A DNA stretch of 64,000 bases from an uncultured Methanosarcinaceae archaeon (GTDB lineage: Archaea; Halobacteriota; Methanosarcinia; Methanosarcinales; Methanosarcinaceae). Positions 1-11,727 of this stretch are shown in pieces (positions within the stretch are counted from its first letter, which is position 1; the number at the start of each line of letters is the position of its first letter). The DNA lies in NCBI GenBank assembly GCA_963833425.1, contig CAWHXP010000003.1, positions 32,001-96,000 on the forward strand. The letters are read 5' to 3'. The notes under the pieces were generated by a model, which saw only the letters and a program-made list of their open reading frames with translations, searched no databases and was not told the origin of the DNA. A program made the translations under genes and the position numbers.

Positions 1-1272
1 ATAAAGGAGACAGCTGTTAGGGCTAGAGTTGAAAAGGTAATTGATGAAAAGGCATCGCCTTCTGAAATTCCGTTTCTTATAAAAAGCGATATTATGGAGA
101 AACTCAAACCTAGGATGCTCCTTATAGCTAAAGAAATTAAGAAAGCTATATTCCATTCAAAACCCATAATACTCAGGCATCATGCTGATGCTGATGGTAT
201 CACCTCTGCAATTGCAATTGAGAGAGCTATACTGCCCCTTATTACTGATATCGGTGGAACAGACGCAGAATATTATTTTTACAAGCGTGCTCCTTCGAAG
301 GCACCTTATTATGAACTTGCGGATGTTACAAGGGATATTTCATTTGCACTTGAAGATTCCTCAAGGCACGGGCAGAAAATGCCGCTTGTAATTCTTGTGG
401 ACAACGGGTCAACCGAAGAGGATGTTCCAGCCATGCGGCAGGCAGAGATTTATGGCATTGAAATGCTCGTTATTGACCACCATCATCCTGAAGACATAGT
501 GGATCAGTATCTTATAGGACACGTAAATCCCGCACATGTAGGAGGGGATTTTGGGGTTACTTCAGGTATGCTCTGTACTGAAATTGCTCGCATGATCAAT
601 CCCAACGTTAGCGATACAATAAAGCATCTTCCTGCAGTTTCAGCAGTTGGAGACCGTTCGGAAGCTCCTGAAGCTGAAAAATATATCTCTCTGGTTTCAG
701 ACCACTATACTCTTGAAGAATTAAAAAAAATGGCTTTAGCACTGGATTATGAACAATTCTGGCTGAAATTTAGCACTGGGAAAGGCCTTATCGATGATAT
801 CCTAGATCTAGGTGATAATGCTATCCACAATAAGCTGATTTCTCTCCTGTGTGAGCAGGCAAATACCATGATAAAAGAACAACTTGAAACATGTCTTTTT
901 AATGTTAAGTCTCAGAAATTAGCAAACGGTGCTATCATGAACGTTATCGATGTCGAGAATTATGCACAAAAATTCACTTTTCCGCCACCTGGAAAAACCT
1001 CTGGGGAAGTCCACGATGTACTTGTCAAAAAAAATCCCAATAGAGCCATAGTGACTATAGGATATGGGCCTGACTTTGCTGTCATTCGTTCAAAAGGCAT
1101 TCTTATGAATATTCCACGAATTGTAAGGGAACTTAGAGAAGAAATGAAAGGTGCAGGTATCAGCGGAGGAGGTCACCTTGTCGTGGGCAGTATCAAGTTT
1201 GTAGAAGGGATGAGGACCGAGGTACTATCAAAGCTTTCCGAAAAAATAGCATCTACGAAAGTCGAGCATTGA
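1..1272 (+). CDS. RecJ-like DHH family phosphoesterase (5' partial, reading frame open from base 1)
   Basis: Motifs HHADADG, LVDNG, IDHHHP and C-terminal DHHA1-type GGGH; frame is open upstream of 94 to the window edge. Confidence 0.85.
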   Translation: MKETAVRARVEKVIDEKASPSEIPFLIKSDIMEKLKPRMLLIAKEIKKAIFHSKPIILRHHADADGITSAIAIERAILPLITDIGGTDAEYYFYKRAPSKAPYYELADVTRDISFALEDSSRHGQKMPLVILVDNGSTEEDVPAMRQAEIYGIEMLVIDHHHPEDIVDQYLIGHVNPAHVGGDFGVTSGMLCTEIARMINPNVSDTIKHLPAVSAVGDRSEAPEAEKYISLVSDHYTLEELKKMALALDYEQFWLKFSTGKGLIDDILDLGDNAIHNKLISLLCEQANTMIKEQLETCLFNVKSQKLANGAIMNVIDVENYAQKFTFPPPGKTSGEVHDVLVKKNPNRAIVTIGYGPDFAVIRSKGILMNIPRIVRELREEMKGAGISGGGHLVVGSIKFVEGMRTEVLSKLSEKIASTKVEH

Positions 1273-1778
1273 TTTGATAAATATCATTTATTTCAGTTCC
1301 TTTACAATAGCATCTGTGGATTTAAGGAAATGAAATATTTTTTATGCAAAGTTACAGATAATTTGTGACCCAAAATTTGAAATTTGATTTTTATGTTGAA
1401 ATAAAACTTTATATTTTTAATGAATGAAGAAATGATATTATGCCAACAAATTTTTGATTCATTTTTGACGATTCATGGACAGGTAATTCTCATCTTTTTG
1501 ATAAATTTTTATCAAACTTTTTGATATCGAATCCGACAGATTATATGGAAAATGAAAAAAATATTTACTAATGTATACAAAGTTGTATAGCAAAAATACT
1601 GAAATAGAAGAAAATTTTCATGTCTAAACATCTTTTTTTAGTTTATAGATTTGAAACTACATATACTAAATAATTTTAATGAAAGCTACAATTTTATGCA
1701 GTCGATTTTTGTCTAACAATACAAATTTTGAGCTATGCGGCAGATTTTTTTTTCGTTTGCTGTGTTTTAGTAGTAAAA

Positions 1779-2135
1779 CTACTCCCCATTTTCCCATTTT
1801 TCCAGTTCCTGCCCTAACCTATCGGCCCAGGAATTAACTACAATCATTATAATATTTTTTATTTTAGTTCTAGAATGGATTTTATATTTGAAAACGTACC
1901 CCCCTCCATCCAGATTCTGCTGGAACCTGTACAAAATTTCTTTTTCATGCAATTTTTTTACGGAACGCTGGATTGTTGAGATGTCCATAGTCAAAATTTC
2001 TGAAAGAAAGTATGTATCAGCCCACTGCTCTGTTTCTTTTAAAAAATATTTCATAACCTTGAGGTCTGCTTTTGTTAGATTAAGGGCACATTTAATTACA
2101 TCTTCTATTTTGAACTCTTTACAAGCAAAATCCAT
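1779..2135 (-). CDS. TrmB/MarR-like winged-helix transcriptional regulator
   Basis: CALNLTKAD...STIQRSVKKL HTH and LDGGGYVFKY wing; GGAGTGA SD upstream. Confidence 0.75.
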   Translation of the reverse strand: MDFACKEFKIEDVIKCALNLTKADLKVMKYFLKETEQWADTYFLSEILTMDISTIQRSVKKLHEKEILYRFQQNLDGGGYVFKYKIHSRTKIKNIIMIVVNSWADRLGQELEKWENGE

Positions 2136-3142
2136 TGTCTCACTCCATCGGAATTGCTACAGTAAGGTATATCTTATCAGTAGTAGTTATGTATTAATAA
2201 ATGCTATACTCACCAGCCAAAAATATGATACACATATTTTTTAATAACTGTGTTTCAAGCTTACATACATTCAATAACCAAAAAATTTACTGCGTGGGAA
2301 ATAAGATTCATAAAGCAATATGAAAGCATTTTGACAATTTTAAATTACTATTGATGGTATTGGTTTGTTTTTTTGTTATACACTTCTAAAACTAGATAAT
2401 GAATTTAATTCAATTACTTCTGTAGCTTCTTTACATACACTTATTTGTTCAATAAGAACATTTGTGAGCTGCAGTCTAAAAATCTGCATTTTTGACATTT
2501 ATTTTTTGAGGTAACCTTTCATTCTATCAGTTAACTGAATATGTAATGAAAGTAATGTTTCCCACACAATGCTGGACTCATAAGGAAAAAATTGTATTTG
2601 TCGGCAAAAGTTTTAGTCTTGTAGAGGTTTGCTTGGATTTCGATACTCTTATTATTTTCTATTTTTCAAATTTTAACTCAAGATCTTACAAAAAAAATAA
2701 AATTTTAACTTCATTTAAATAATTTTTCATTATGATTAATGAAAACAAGTCAATAGACATGTTAGTCATAAAAACAATATTTAAAAGCAATATAATTACT
2801 TCAGTATTTCATTAATCTTCACTTCCACATAAAAAGAAGTCTCATACACTTTTATATTCGATACAAACACTCGTAGATACTTTTCTACCATATAATTTTG
2901 GATATAGTACTGAAATAGGATTTAAGTCACAAATTATTGATGCTTCATTAACACTTTTAATCGATTATATAAATGTTGATGGTTCACTTAAATTGGAAGT
3001 ATTTTAGTGCAGTTGTGAGTATGGAATCGGTCATAATTCTGTTCGCTCGGTCTCAAAAAACAGTACCTTATGCTGAGTGTTAAATGTCATATGTAACCCT
3101 TAATAAAAATGAAGATCATAGAGATTATACAGTCACTGAAAG

Positions 3143-3994
3143 GGTTCCGTTGCAAAAAGATTACGAGGGAGATACAATGAAATAAGAATTTAGGAGGGTA
3201 TGGTATGCAAATAAATGCCTTTAAATGGAAAAACTTTACAGGAGAAATCATCTTGCAAACAGTAAGATGGTACTTAAATTATTCATTGCGCTATAAAAAT
3301 TTAGAGGAAATAATGGCAGAAAGAGGAATTAAAGTTGACCATACAACAATCATGAGATGGGTACATCAATATTCTCCTAAAATAGAAAAGAAGATAAGAA
3401 AGCATTTGAAGCCAACCAATGGCTCCTGGAGATTGGACGGAACATACATCAAAGTAAAAGGTGAATGGAAATATCTTTATTGTGCGGTTGATTCAGATGG
3501 AAATACAATTGATTTCATGCTAAGTGCAAAAAGAGATAGAAAACTCGCAAAGAAATTCTTTAAAAAGGCTTTGGGTTCAAATCAGAATCAAATGCCTAGA
3601 GTGATAACAATTGATAAGAATGCAGCTTATCCGAGAGCCATAGATGAACTGAAATAAGAGAAAAAGCTGTCTAAAAAAATTTAAATGAGACAAGTCAAGT
3701 ATTTGAATAACATTGTAGAACAAGATCATAGGTTTATCAAGCGGATAATTGCTCCAATGCTAAGCTTACAGTCTTTTCACTCTGCAAGTAAGATTTTAAA
3801 AGGAATTGAAGCTTTGAATATGGTTAAAAAAGGACAAATCAAGAATCTAAACTACTCTGGTCTTAATGAAGCTAAATATATTAATCAATTATTTGGAATA
3901 GTTCTGTAATATTGATACGTCTTTCTCGGATATTTTGACTTTTGTTCATCATCCATATTTTACATACTTATTCTGAGATTTTTGCAACGGAACC
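3143..3994 (+). mobile_element. IS6-family insertion sequence, transposase interrupted by stop codons
   Basis: TIRs GGTTCCGTTGCAAA / TTTGCAACGGAACC; near-perfect 8-bp flanking duplication ACTGAAAG / ATTGAAAG; ORFs 3205-3657 and 3685-3909 with TIMRWV, TYIKVKGEWKYLY, NNIVEQDHR. Confidence 0.95.
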
Positions 3995-5312
3995 ATTGAA
4001 AGTTCCCCTTCAAAATCCAATAAAAGCTCTGAAAACAGGTAATATCTATGAACTACCTGTTGATCACACTGATACTACTTCTGGTGAAAAAATAAATTCA
4101 TTTTATGAAAAATACGTAATGTTTAGACGAGTAAAAAGTCAATAAAATCCTTTTATTCATAACTCCCTTTAAGCCACTAAAAATAAGAAAGATTTATTGC
4201 ATCAGTTATTCCTACAAAAAAAAGAAAATAGAGCAGAATGCCCATTATTTTATCTACCTTATCAAAAACTTAAGTTTTAAAATTAAGGTTATTGTTTGGC
4301 GGGAGTTTTATTCTGTAGATGTGCTTGAATTTTTCAAAATGATAAGATTCCACATATAGTTTCAGTTATTGAGAAAGGAAATCAGATTCAACAGATCCTG
4401 AAAGAGAGTAATGCACAGATCGAAAATATGCTATGAAGGATCTAATAAAAATTCTTTTAAATATTGTCATTCTTGTCAAGTGTCTTAAAGGAAAAACGAA
4501 GGAAGGAACGTAAAATCGCGATTTTTTTGGTTTTGGCGTTAAATAATCACCACGAAAAGTTTGCATAGTTTACAAAAGAAAGTTTGCTGTTGCATTATTA
4601 GACCGAAAGAGGAATTTGAATAAATCAAGGGCTTAAATTGGTAAATTCTCGATTTAATGCATTCGTACACTAATTGAAGATGGTTGAGAGAGAAATTGAG
4701 AGGATTAAGACGGTACTTAGTGTTTAAGGTATATAGATAGAATAGAATGTATCGAATGTATCGTGAAATTTCATCGATGAACTGAATTTAGTGAAACAAG
4801 AGGTTTATAAAAATTTTCTTCAACTGTCCAGAACAAATTTATATTCATTCTTCGGATATTTTATTAATTATATAAAAGAACTTTGTTAAATTTTTTAATG
4901 TTTAATATGTCTATAATTTCTTTTTGATTTAAAAGTTGCCAGCTTCCGTGATGCTAAATCATCGGTGAGCTCATGATCCCGTTTCCTAGGATGTACATAA
5001 GATTTACATTCATTTTATCCAAATGATATTAGCTTAAATTTTAGTTTGACTTCATTAATAATATTGGCAAGATAGACGAATGAATTATACATCTATGTGA
5101 ACCTACAGAATATCGAAGAAAAATGAGTCTAAAAGTTGTTAACCTCAATATTACCTCCTCATTCCCCCACAAATTTGAAAATTTCCTTTCAAAATAAAAA
5201 TAGAACTGTTAAATTGGAACGACAATTTAGGAATAATCTCTAGTTCAACAACTCAATTTCTGTGGATTAATCAACATGTATAGGGTATTTTTGCAACATA
5301 GACCTTTGCGGC

Positions 5313-5330
5313 AAAAACTTTATATAAAAA
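5313..5330 (+). promoter_or_regulatory. BRE/TATA box upstream of tRNA-His
   Basis: AAAAAC-TTTATATA about 50 bp upstream of the tRNA. Confidence 0.55.
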
Positions 5331-5376
5331 AACTCCTTTTATAAGTTACTTCAAATCTGAATTACCATGCTCCTGT

Positions 5377-5449
5377 GGCCGGGGTAGGGTAGAGGTCATC
5401 CTGTGGCCCTGTGGAGGCTACGATCCGAGTTCAATTCTCGGTCCCGGCC
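5377..5449 (+). tRNA. tRNA-His (GTG) with genome-encoded G-1
   Basis: Acceptor GCCGGGG/TCCCGGC, anticodon arm TGGCC-CTGTGGA-GGCTA, T arm CCGAG-TTCAATT-CTCGG, discriminator C; CCA not encoded. Confidence 0.95.
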
Positions 5450-5708
5450 CTTATTTTCCTTGAATATTTTTGCTGAAATTTTTCCATTCTAAGCCCTATG
5501 ATTTTTCAATTACTTGTAATTTAACACTTAACTGCAGCATATACTCCCATCTTCAATTGTCGTAATATTTACTAGCTTGAAGTATGAAATCAAATAAAAT
5601 TTATGTTTTGTTTGGATTTAAATTTTAGATGATTAAAGGTTTGTTGCTGCTGATTTTTCAGTTCAACTGTTGAAGTCCTATATCTAATAAATGTGAACAA
5701 GAACTCGC

Positions 5709-7424
5709 ATGAAAGCGCTCATTATTGATGGCTATGTGGACGAACCTGCCTGCCTGGGGGTTCCTCCATACCTTTCCCCTTATCCGCGTTACATAGCAGG
5801 AGCTCTCAGAGAACGCGGGCTTTATGAAAAAGATATTCATTACTATACTATCGACACTCTGAGAGAAAATTCTCCTGGTATAGGGGAACTTATAAAAAGG
5901 GCAGAAATTTTGATTGTTATTGCAGGAATTACTGTGCCTGGGAAATACATTCGAGCTTCCCCTATAACTCTTGAAGAAATCGAGGCTATTTTCCGAGTTG
6001 CGTGTGGCATAAAAATACTCGGCGGTCCAATCAGATTAGGATTCAGCAAAGAAGGGGGAAAGGTTGCAAAAGGTGCTGAAGATTTGTTAAACCTTGAAAA
6101 CGTCTTAATTGCTCGAATAGACATAGAGGCTTTTGTTTATGATCTATTTGAAAGAGGATCTCTTGGAACAGGAATATTTCCTTCATATCTGAAAATTCCA
6201 GAAGTAATTGAGCACCGCTTAAGGACAACATCTGAAATAGGGCGTTGGGGGCCGAAAGGGGCTTTTTTGATCAGGCAGCATCCTGATTACCCTTATTGCA
6301 TGTGTGAGCTTGAAACCTACAGGGGCTGCTCCAGGAAAGTTCACTGCTCTTTCTGTACAGAACCCTTTTATGGTGCCCCTGATTACCGGGATGTGGAAGA
6401 GATTATCAATGAAGTATCAGCCCTTTATGCTCATGGAGCTAGTTACTTTCGAATAGGGAGGCAGTCGGATCTCTTTTCCTATCATGGGAGAGATAATGGA
6501 GGGCCTGTCCCAAAGCCTGAGCCTGATATAATTGAAAGGCTTTATATGGGGATCCGGAATTCTGCTCCTGACCTTTCAGTGCTACATATGGACAATGCGA
6601 ACCCTGGTACTCTTGCCACTTATCCACAGGAATCGGAGAAAATTCTTAAAACAATAATTAAATATCATACTTCAGGAGACGTGACTGCATTCGGGATGGA
6701 AAGTGCCGACCAGATGGTAATTGCAGCAAACTGTCTTAAGGCAAGCTCCGATGAAGTCCTTGAGGCAATTAAACTTGTGAATAAGTATGGAAAAGTTAGA
6801 GGGACAAATGGACTTCCAGAAATTCTTCCTGGCATCAATTTTGTGCATGGGTTAATGGAAGAATCTAAAAAAACTTTCCAATTTAATTATAATTTCCTTA
6901 AGAATGTGCTCGATTCTGGAATGCTCCTGCGCAGGATCAACATTCGCCAGGTTATGGCTTTTCCCGGAACGCCTATTTACGGTAAGATAAAAGCTGGAAG
7001 GAGAAACAAGAATCTCTTCATGGACTATAAGGAAAAGGTTCGAAAGACTATTGACCTTCCTATGTTGCGACGCGTTGTGCCAAATGGCACGGTGCTCAGA
7101 GACGTCATGTGTGAAGTGTATGAAAAGGGAGTTACCTTCGGGAGACAGCTTGGTTCGTACCCTTTATTGATAGGAATTCCTGCTCACCTGCCTTTACGGA
7201 AATTTATTGACGTTACAGTCACCGGGCATGGGATGCGCTCGATTACTGGTATTCCTTATCCTCTGTCTATAAACATGGCTTCTTTTTCCCTTGTAAAAGA
7301 ATTACCTGGAATTAGTAAGAAAGTTGCTGCTTCAGTTATTGCTGGAGTTCCTTATACTGATAGGGAAGATTTTCTCAAACGTTTAAAAGAAGGAGAAAAA
7401 TTGATAGAGTTCATTGAAATTTGA
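5709..7424 (+). CDS. Radical SAM protein with C-terminal helix-hairpin-helix (COG1031-like)
   Basis: IIDGYVDEPACLGVPPY N-terminus, RGCxxxxxCSFC cluster motif, INMAS...ELPGIS HhH. Confidence 0.85.
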   Translation: MKALIIDGYVDEPACLGVPPYLSPYPRYIAGALRERGLYEKDIHYYTIDTLRENSPGIGELIKRAEILIVIAGITVPGKYIRASPITLEEIEAIFRVACGIKILGGPIRLGFSKEGGKVAKGAEDLLNLENVLIARIDIEAFVYDLFERGSLGTGIFPSYLKIPEVIEHRLRTTSEIGRWGPKGAFLIRQHPDYPYCMCELETYRGCSRKVHCSFCTEPFYGAPDYRDVEEIINEVSALYAHGASYFRIGRQSDLFSYHGRDNGGPVPKPEPDIIERLYMGIRNSAPDLSVLHMDNANPGTLATYPQESEKILKTIIKYHTSGDVTAFGMESADQMVIAANCLKASSDEVLEAIKLVNKYGKVRGTNGLPEILPGINFVHGLMEESKKTFQFNYNFLKNVLDSGMLLRRINIRQVMAFPGTPIYGKIKAGRRNKNLFMDYKEKVRKTIDLPMLRRVVPNGTVLRDVMCEVYEKGVTFGRQLGSYPLLIGIPAHLPLRKFIDVTVTGHGMRSITGIPYPLSINMASFSLVKELPGISKKVAASVIAGVPYTDREDFLKRLKEGEKLIEFIEI

Positions 7425-7819
7425 TTCTTGTGGTTTCTGATGTTTGTAATTTATTTGACCTTAAGGTCACTATCTTGTGAATTACAGCAAAGTAGATTAG
7501 AATCGATCCGATAAACCCAATCCATCCGACTTAGAAAAGGGCATTGGTATTTAACATGATATAATTAAACGATTATGAACTGTGTAACTTTGATTGATTA
7601 CAGTCAATTAAAGTGAAACTAATGATAATTTTTTGATCTCCTAGATGTTTAAAAGTCTAAAATATAAGGGGCATTAAAAAAATCAAAACACGCACATTAT
7701 AGATCCCACTTTCCGCAGCTATAAACTAAAATGCCATCTATTTTCTCAATATGGCAGTAATTTAAAAATTAATCTGACTTTCAATGAGTAATAGTGGGCA
7801 AATAGGTAAGCAAGTTGTA

Positions 7820-7903
7820 GAAAATTTCGATAAATCCCTAAATTTTGTCATATGCTTCTAAAGGGCATAAGATTCTTGAAACTCAGAGCATATCGAAATC
7901 CTC
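7820..7903. repeat. ~85-bp MITE-like repeat, copy 1 (IS5-like ends)
   Basis: Imperfect inverted ends GAAAATTTCGATA / TATCGAAATCCTC; core CCCTAAATTTTGTCATA shared with 20250-20338 and, more diverged, 63674-63760. Confidence 0.55.
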
Positions 7904-7940
7904 TTACATATGTGTGCAGCTGCAGAATGTCGGATAAGTA

Positions 7941-8546
7941 TTATAGAGGAATAATTTTCTCTCCGTACATCTCGTTTATTACCTGACCCATAGCAGCATA
8001 AATCGCTGAGAAGCCTACAATGATTCCCTCATAGCCGGCAATTTTGGTTATTGCTGGGTTGGCCAGGTATGCTCCTGCGGCAAGCATGAAGAATAGGATG
8101 GTCAACGACAGGAAAACAAACTGAAGAGCCCTTGTTGTTCTCAATGAGCCTATGAACATGTACAGTGTGAAGATTCCCCATAAGAACAGATATGCTGCAA
8201 AGTCTTTTGCTGTAAAAGCAAGTGCTGTAAAATTATCCCCTAACTTAGGCAGCAGAACAATTGCTACCAGAGTGAGCCAGAAGAGTCCATACGAGGTGAA
8301 AGCAGTAGCTCCAAAGGTGTTACCTTTTTTCCATTCCTCTATTCCAGCAATGACTTGGGCTAATCCACCGTAGAAGATACCCATCGAAAGAATTACTCCT
8401 CCCAAGGCATAGTATCCTGCATTATGCAGATTCAAAAGCACAGTAGTCATTCCGAAACCCATCAAACCCAGAGGAGCAGGGTTCGCAGATTTATCAGCTA
8501 TAGCCACATCACGGATGCTAGTAATATCTTGAATATTTCCAGTCAT
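7941..8546 (-). CDS. satP: Acetate uptake transporter, GPR1/FUN34/YaaH (SatP/AceTr) family
   Basis: Signature ANPAPLGLMGF, YGGLAQ, GNTFGATAFTSYGLFW; GGAGG SD. Confidence 0.93.
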   Translation of the reverse strand: MTGNIQDITSIRDVAIADKSANPAPLGLMGFGMTTVLLNLHNAGYYALGGVILSMGIFYGGLAQVIAGIEEWKKGNTFGATAFTSYGLFWLTLVAIVLLPKLGDNFTALAFTAKDFAAYLFLWGIFTLYMFIGSLRTTRALQFVFLSLTILFFMLAAGAYLANPAITKIAGYEGIIVGFSAIYAAMGQVINEMYGEKIIPL

Positions 8547-8931
8547 AAATACAATCCTCCTTCCGTTAACCGGATATTTAGCCTATCTTCAATAATCCCT
8601 CTATTACCTTCTAATGATTATATAATGGTTTATTTTACATTTACTCCCCTATTTAAATTTGGTGAAATTATCTGAATTAATTATTATAGAGCTCATACCA
8701 AAACTCAGAATTACGTTCTTAAATCTGGAATTTAAAATAATCAATTGATCTTCTGATTAGGAAAATAATTCTGAAGCACTTATATGTGGAAATAAAATTG
8801 TTTAGTATGAGCTCATAATTTAAATATTAGTTGACATATTTTATAATTCAATTTGAAGTCAAAATCCTACAAAATAAGGGCCTCATACTCATTTAGAGAA
8901 TAGTATATATTAGTTTTAGTATAAATAGTCT

Positions 8932-10032
8932 AATGGGAAAAGAGGAGCAAAATCAAAGTTCACTGATGTTTACTGTCCTAACCAAGATTGTAAATTTGAT
9001 AGTATTTCCGGGAAGGAAAATATCATATGCAATGACTTATGCCATTTCAGCAACAGAAGAATTCACGAATATATCTGCCGCGAATGCAGCAGAGTATTCA
9101 ATGATCAAACAGATACTTTCTTTGATGATCTTCGCAAAGATGAATCAATTATTCTGTTACCTTTAAAAAATGGCTTGAAATGAATGTCAATAGAAACCCT
9201 TGCTGATGTACTGGAAGTCAGACCGGCTAAAGTCAGTACTGGTTGTTTCGCGCAGCGAAACAATGTGAGAAGCTAAATGACGATTTGATGAAAGATCTAA
9301 ATATTTCCAAAGTTGAGATGGACTAATTGTGGGTAATACCCAAAAAAAAGTTACGCTAAGACCAGAAAAAGAGGATAAAGGAACCTTGATGTGGGTAAAC
9401 CTTGCACCTGAGTCAAGGCTAATAATCGAATTTATCTTAGAACGAAGAAAAAAATTTATGGTGGACGAATTGATAGAGGTAACAGATAAGCATCTTTCAG
9501 ACTCCCAACCTCTTTTTACCACAGATGGACTAAAATTCTATGCTGAAGCCTTTTTGAAAAAGTATGTAGAATGTATTGAGTTTCCTAGAACTAGAAAGAG
9601 AGGACGACCTAAAAAGTCAGCTTTAGTACCTGATAAAGACCTGAAATATGCTCAGGTTATCAAAAATAGACAAGGAAAAAGGCTCCAGAAAGTTGATAAA
9701 AGAGTTATCTTTGGTCAAAATATAATCAAAAGAAAATATCAACGAGTTTAATTGAAAGACAAAATCTAATTTTTAGACAGGGTAACAAAAGCGTCTCAAG
9801 AAAAATGATAGGATTTTTAAAGAAAATTAGGTGCCTTTACAATCAAATGAGACTCTACTGCACTCATTTTAACTTTTGTAGAAATCACACGGGATTGACT
9901 AAAGAAAAGGAAAATGGGCATATGGAAAAGAATACACCTGCAAAAAATCTGGAATCACTAAGAGTAAATTGGCATTAATGTAATTGCTAAATACAGGTGT
10001 ATCGAAATATCAACTAATTATTAATAGAGCAC
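8932..10032 (+). mobile_element. Degenerate IS1-family element (multiple frameshifts)
   Basis: N-terminal zinc ribbon (CPNQDC...YICRECSRVF), TTDGLKFY, RGRPKK, LKYAQVIK; right end ...TTAATAGAGCACC. Confidence 0.8.
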
Positions 10033-10452
10033 CAAAAATCATAACCGTAAAAAAATGTGATATCAAAACTATATTTGATTCTATGACAGGACAAGAATGC
10101 AATAAAGTTGATATCTATCTTAATTTTAAAATAATTAACTACCTGGTTTTTGAATCAACAGCATAAATTATCCCAACGTAAGTGGGTAAGTTTTGAGACA
10201 CTCTGGAAAAAATATTAATATTCTTGCAATAGATATAGATAAGACTTATCTATGAAAACCAATATTTATGGAACCTCTTTAAGGAGAATGCTAAACCAGA
10301 AGAAGAATTAACATAGATCTGTCTCCAGCTAAGGGCTGAAGTTCAAAAAGCAACACAAATAATTTAGCTGCCTTCTTTTAACTAAAAAAGAAACGAAAAA
10401 GAGTTAAGTTGATCTCTTCTTCGTTTCACTGGCACAGAAGTCTTGGAGACAT

Positions 10453-11727
10453 CTACTCTACTGGTTTCATCAGAACAAATGCCGAGACCATTCCAAGTAG
10501 TGCTAGAACAGCTACTATTAGGAAGAATGGCTGGTAAGCTCCAAGGAGATCTTTGGCCTGTGCTGATACTATGCCACCTATCACTGCCCCAATGCCGTAA
10601 GCTGTGTAGATAAGTCCGTAGTTCTTGGCGTAGTCCCTGGTTCCGAAATAGCTTGCTGTTGCAGTTGGTGCAATTGCCAGCCAGCCGCCAAGACAGCCCC
10701 AGAGAGTAATGAAGCCGATCATGTAGGCTGTTTGAGATGCATAATTCATGTATATTAACAAGCACGCAGCAATGATGAGCACATATGTTATCAACGCTGT
10801 GTTTCTTGGAGTCAGCTTATCTGTTAGGGTGCCGAATATTGGTCTGCCTAGGCCGTTAGCCAGAGCAAAGGGGAATATCAGGGTTGTAATCATTGCCGTT
10901 GCTGCAGGTACACTTAAGCCAGCGCCTTTCAGCATATCTTGACCGACAGGTCCTGAAATTCCGATTGCTGTAAGTCCAGCCAATGTTCCGACTGTATAGC
11001 ACAACCAAAGGCCGTAGAATGTCTTGGTCTTTACCATCTCAGCTCGAGTGAGGTTAACAACTGGTCCACAAGTTCCTGCTTTTGGTGTTGGTGGTGTCCA
11101 TCCCGCTGGACACCATCCTGCTGGCGGAAACGCTAGAAACATTGACAATACGACTGTAATGATGAAGAAAGCAATACCGAATGTCTTCAAGACAGTCATT
11201 ATTCCCATTCCGCTATCAAGCAAGAATTTATTTATCTGCGTGATTATCGCTGAAGAGAATCCAAAGCCTAATACAGTAAGCCCTACAGCAAGGCCACGTT
11301 TGTCAGGAAACCAAGCAGATGAGACTGCGATTCCACAACCATAAGCTATCCCTACCCCAATTCCACCAATGACACCATACAATGGAATTAGCATTAATGG
11401 AGATGTAGCAAAAGATGCTGCAAACCAGGCGATTCCAACAAGTATTCCTCCAACAATGGACACCTTCTTGGGCCCCACTTTCTGAATGTAAGGACCTGCT
11501 AGAGGCATAGCAAGAGAAAAGCATAATAGAAATACTATAAACGGCCAAGTCATGTCCATTGCTGTCGGATCTAAACCGAGAGACTTAAAGTAAGCTGTAA
11601 TTGGAACTCTCACAACGCCATATGCATAAATGGCACCCAGACAAAGCTGGATTGTTAGGCCCACCAACACCATGAGCCAACGCCCGGATGCTACGGGCAT
11701 GCCTAATATTTTGACATCATCTGCCAT
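10453..11727 (-). CDS. MFS transporter, oxalate:formate antiporter (OFA) family
   Basis: Many hydrophobic segments (12-TM MFS pattern), WFPDKRGLAVG, NGLGRPIFGTLTDKL, FGTRDYAKNYG; start chosen at MADD after GAAGGTG SD. Confidence 0.88.
   Translation of the reverse strand: MADDVKILGMPVASGRWLMVLVGLTIQLCLGAIYAYGVVRVPITAYFKSLGLDPTAMDMTWPFIVFLLCFSLAMPLAGPYIQKVGPKKVSIVGGILVGIAWFAASFATSPLMLIPLYGVIGGIGVGIAYGCGIAVSSAWFPDKRGLAVGLTVLGFGFSSAIITQINKFLLDSGMGIMTVLKTFGIAFFIITVVLSMFLAFPPAGWCPAGWTPPTPKAGTCGPVVNLTRAEMVKTKTFYGLWLCYTVGTLAGLTAIGISGPVGQDMLKGAGLSVPAATAMITTLIFPFALANGLGRPIFGTLTDKLTPRNTALITYVLIIAACLLIYMNYASQTAYMIGFITLWGCLGGWLAIAPTATASYFGTRDYAKNYGLIYTAYGIGAVIGGIVSAQAKDLLGAYQPFFLIVAVLALLGMVSAFVLMKPVE

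Noticed and set aside
2288..2572. Short inverted pair GTGGGAAA / TTTCCCAC as MITE ends
   Set aside because: Match too short and imperfect, with no TSD or second copy seen.
5377..5449. tRNA-His as the attachment site of an integrated element
   Set aside because: No duplicated tRNA 3' end seen in the window and no intact integrase nearby.
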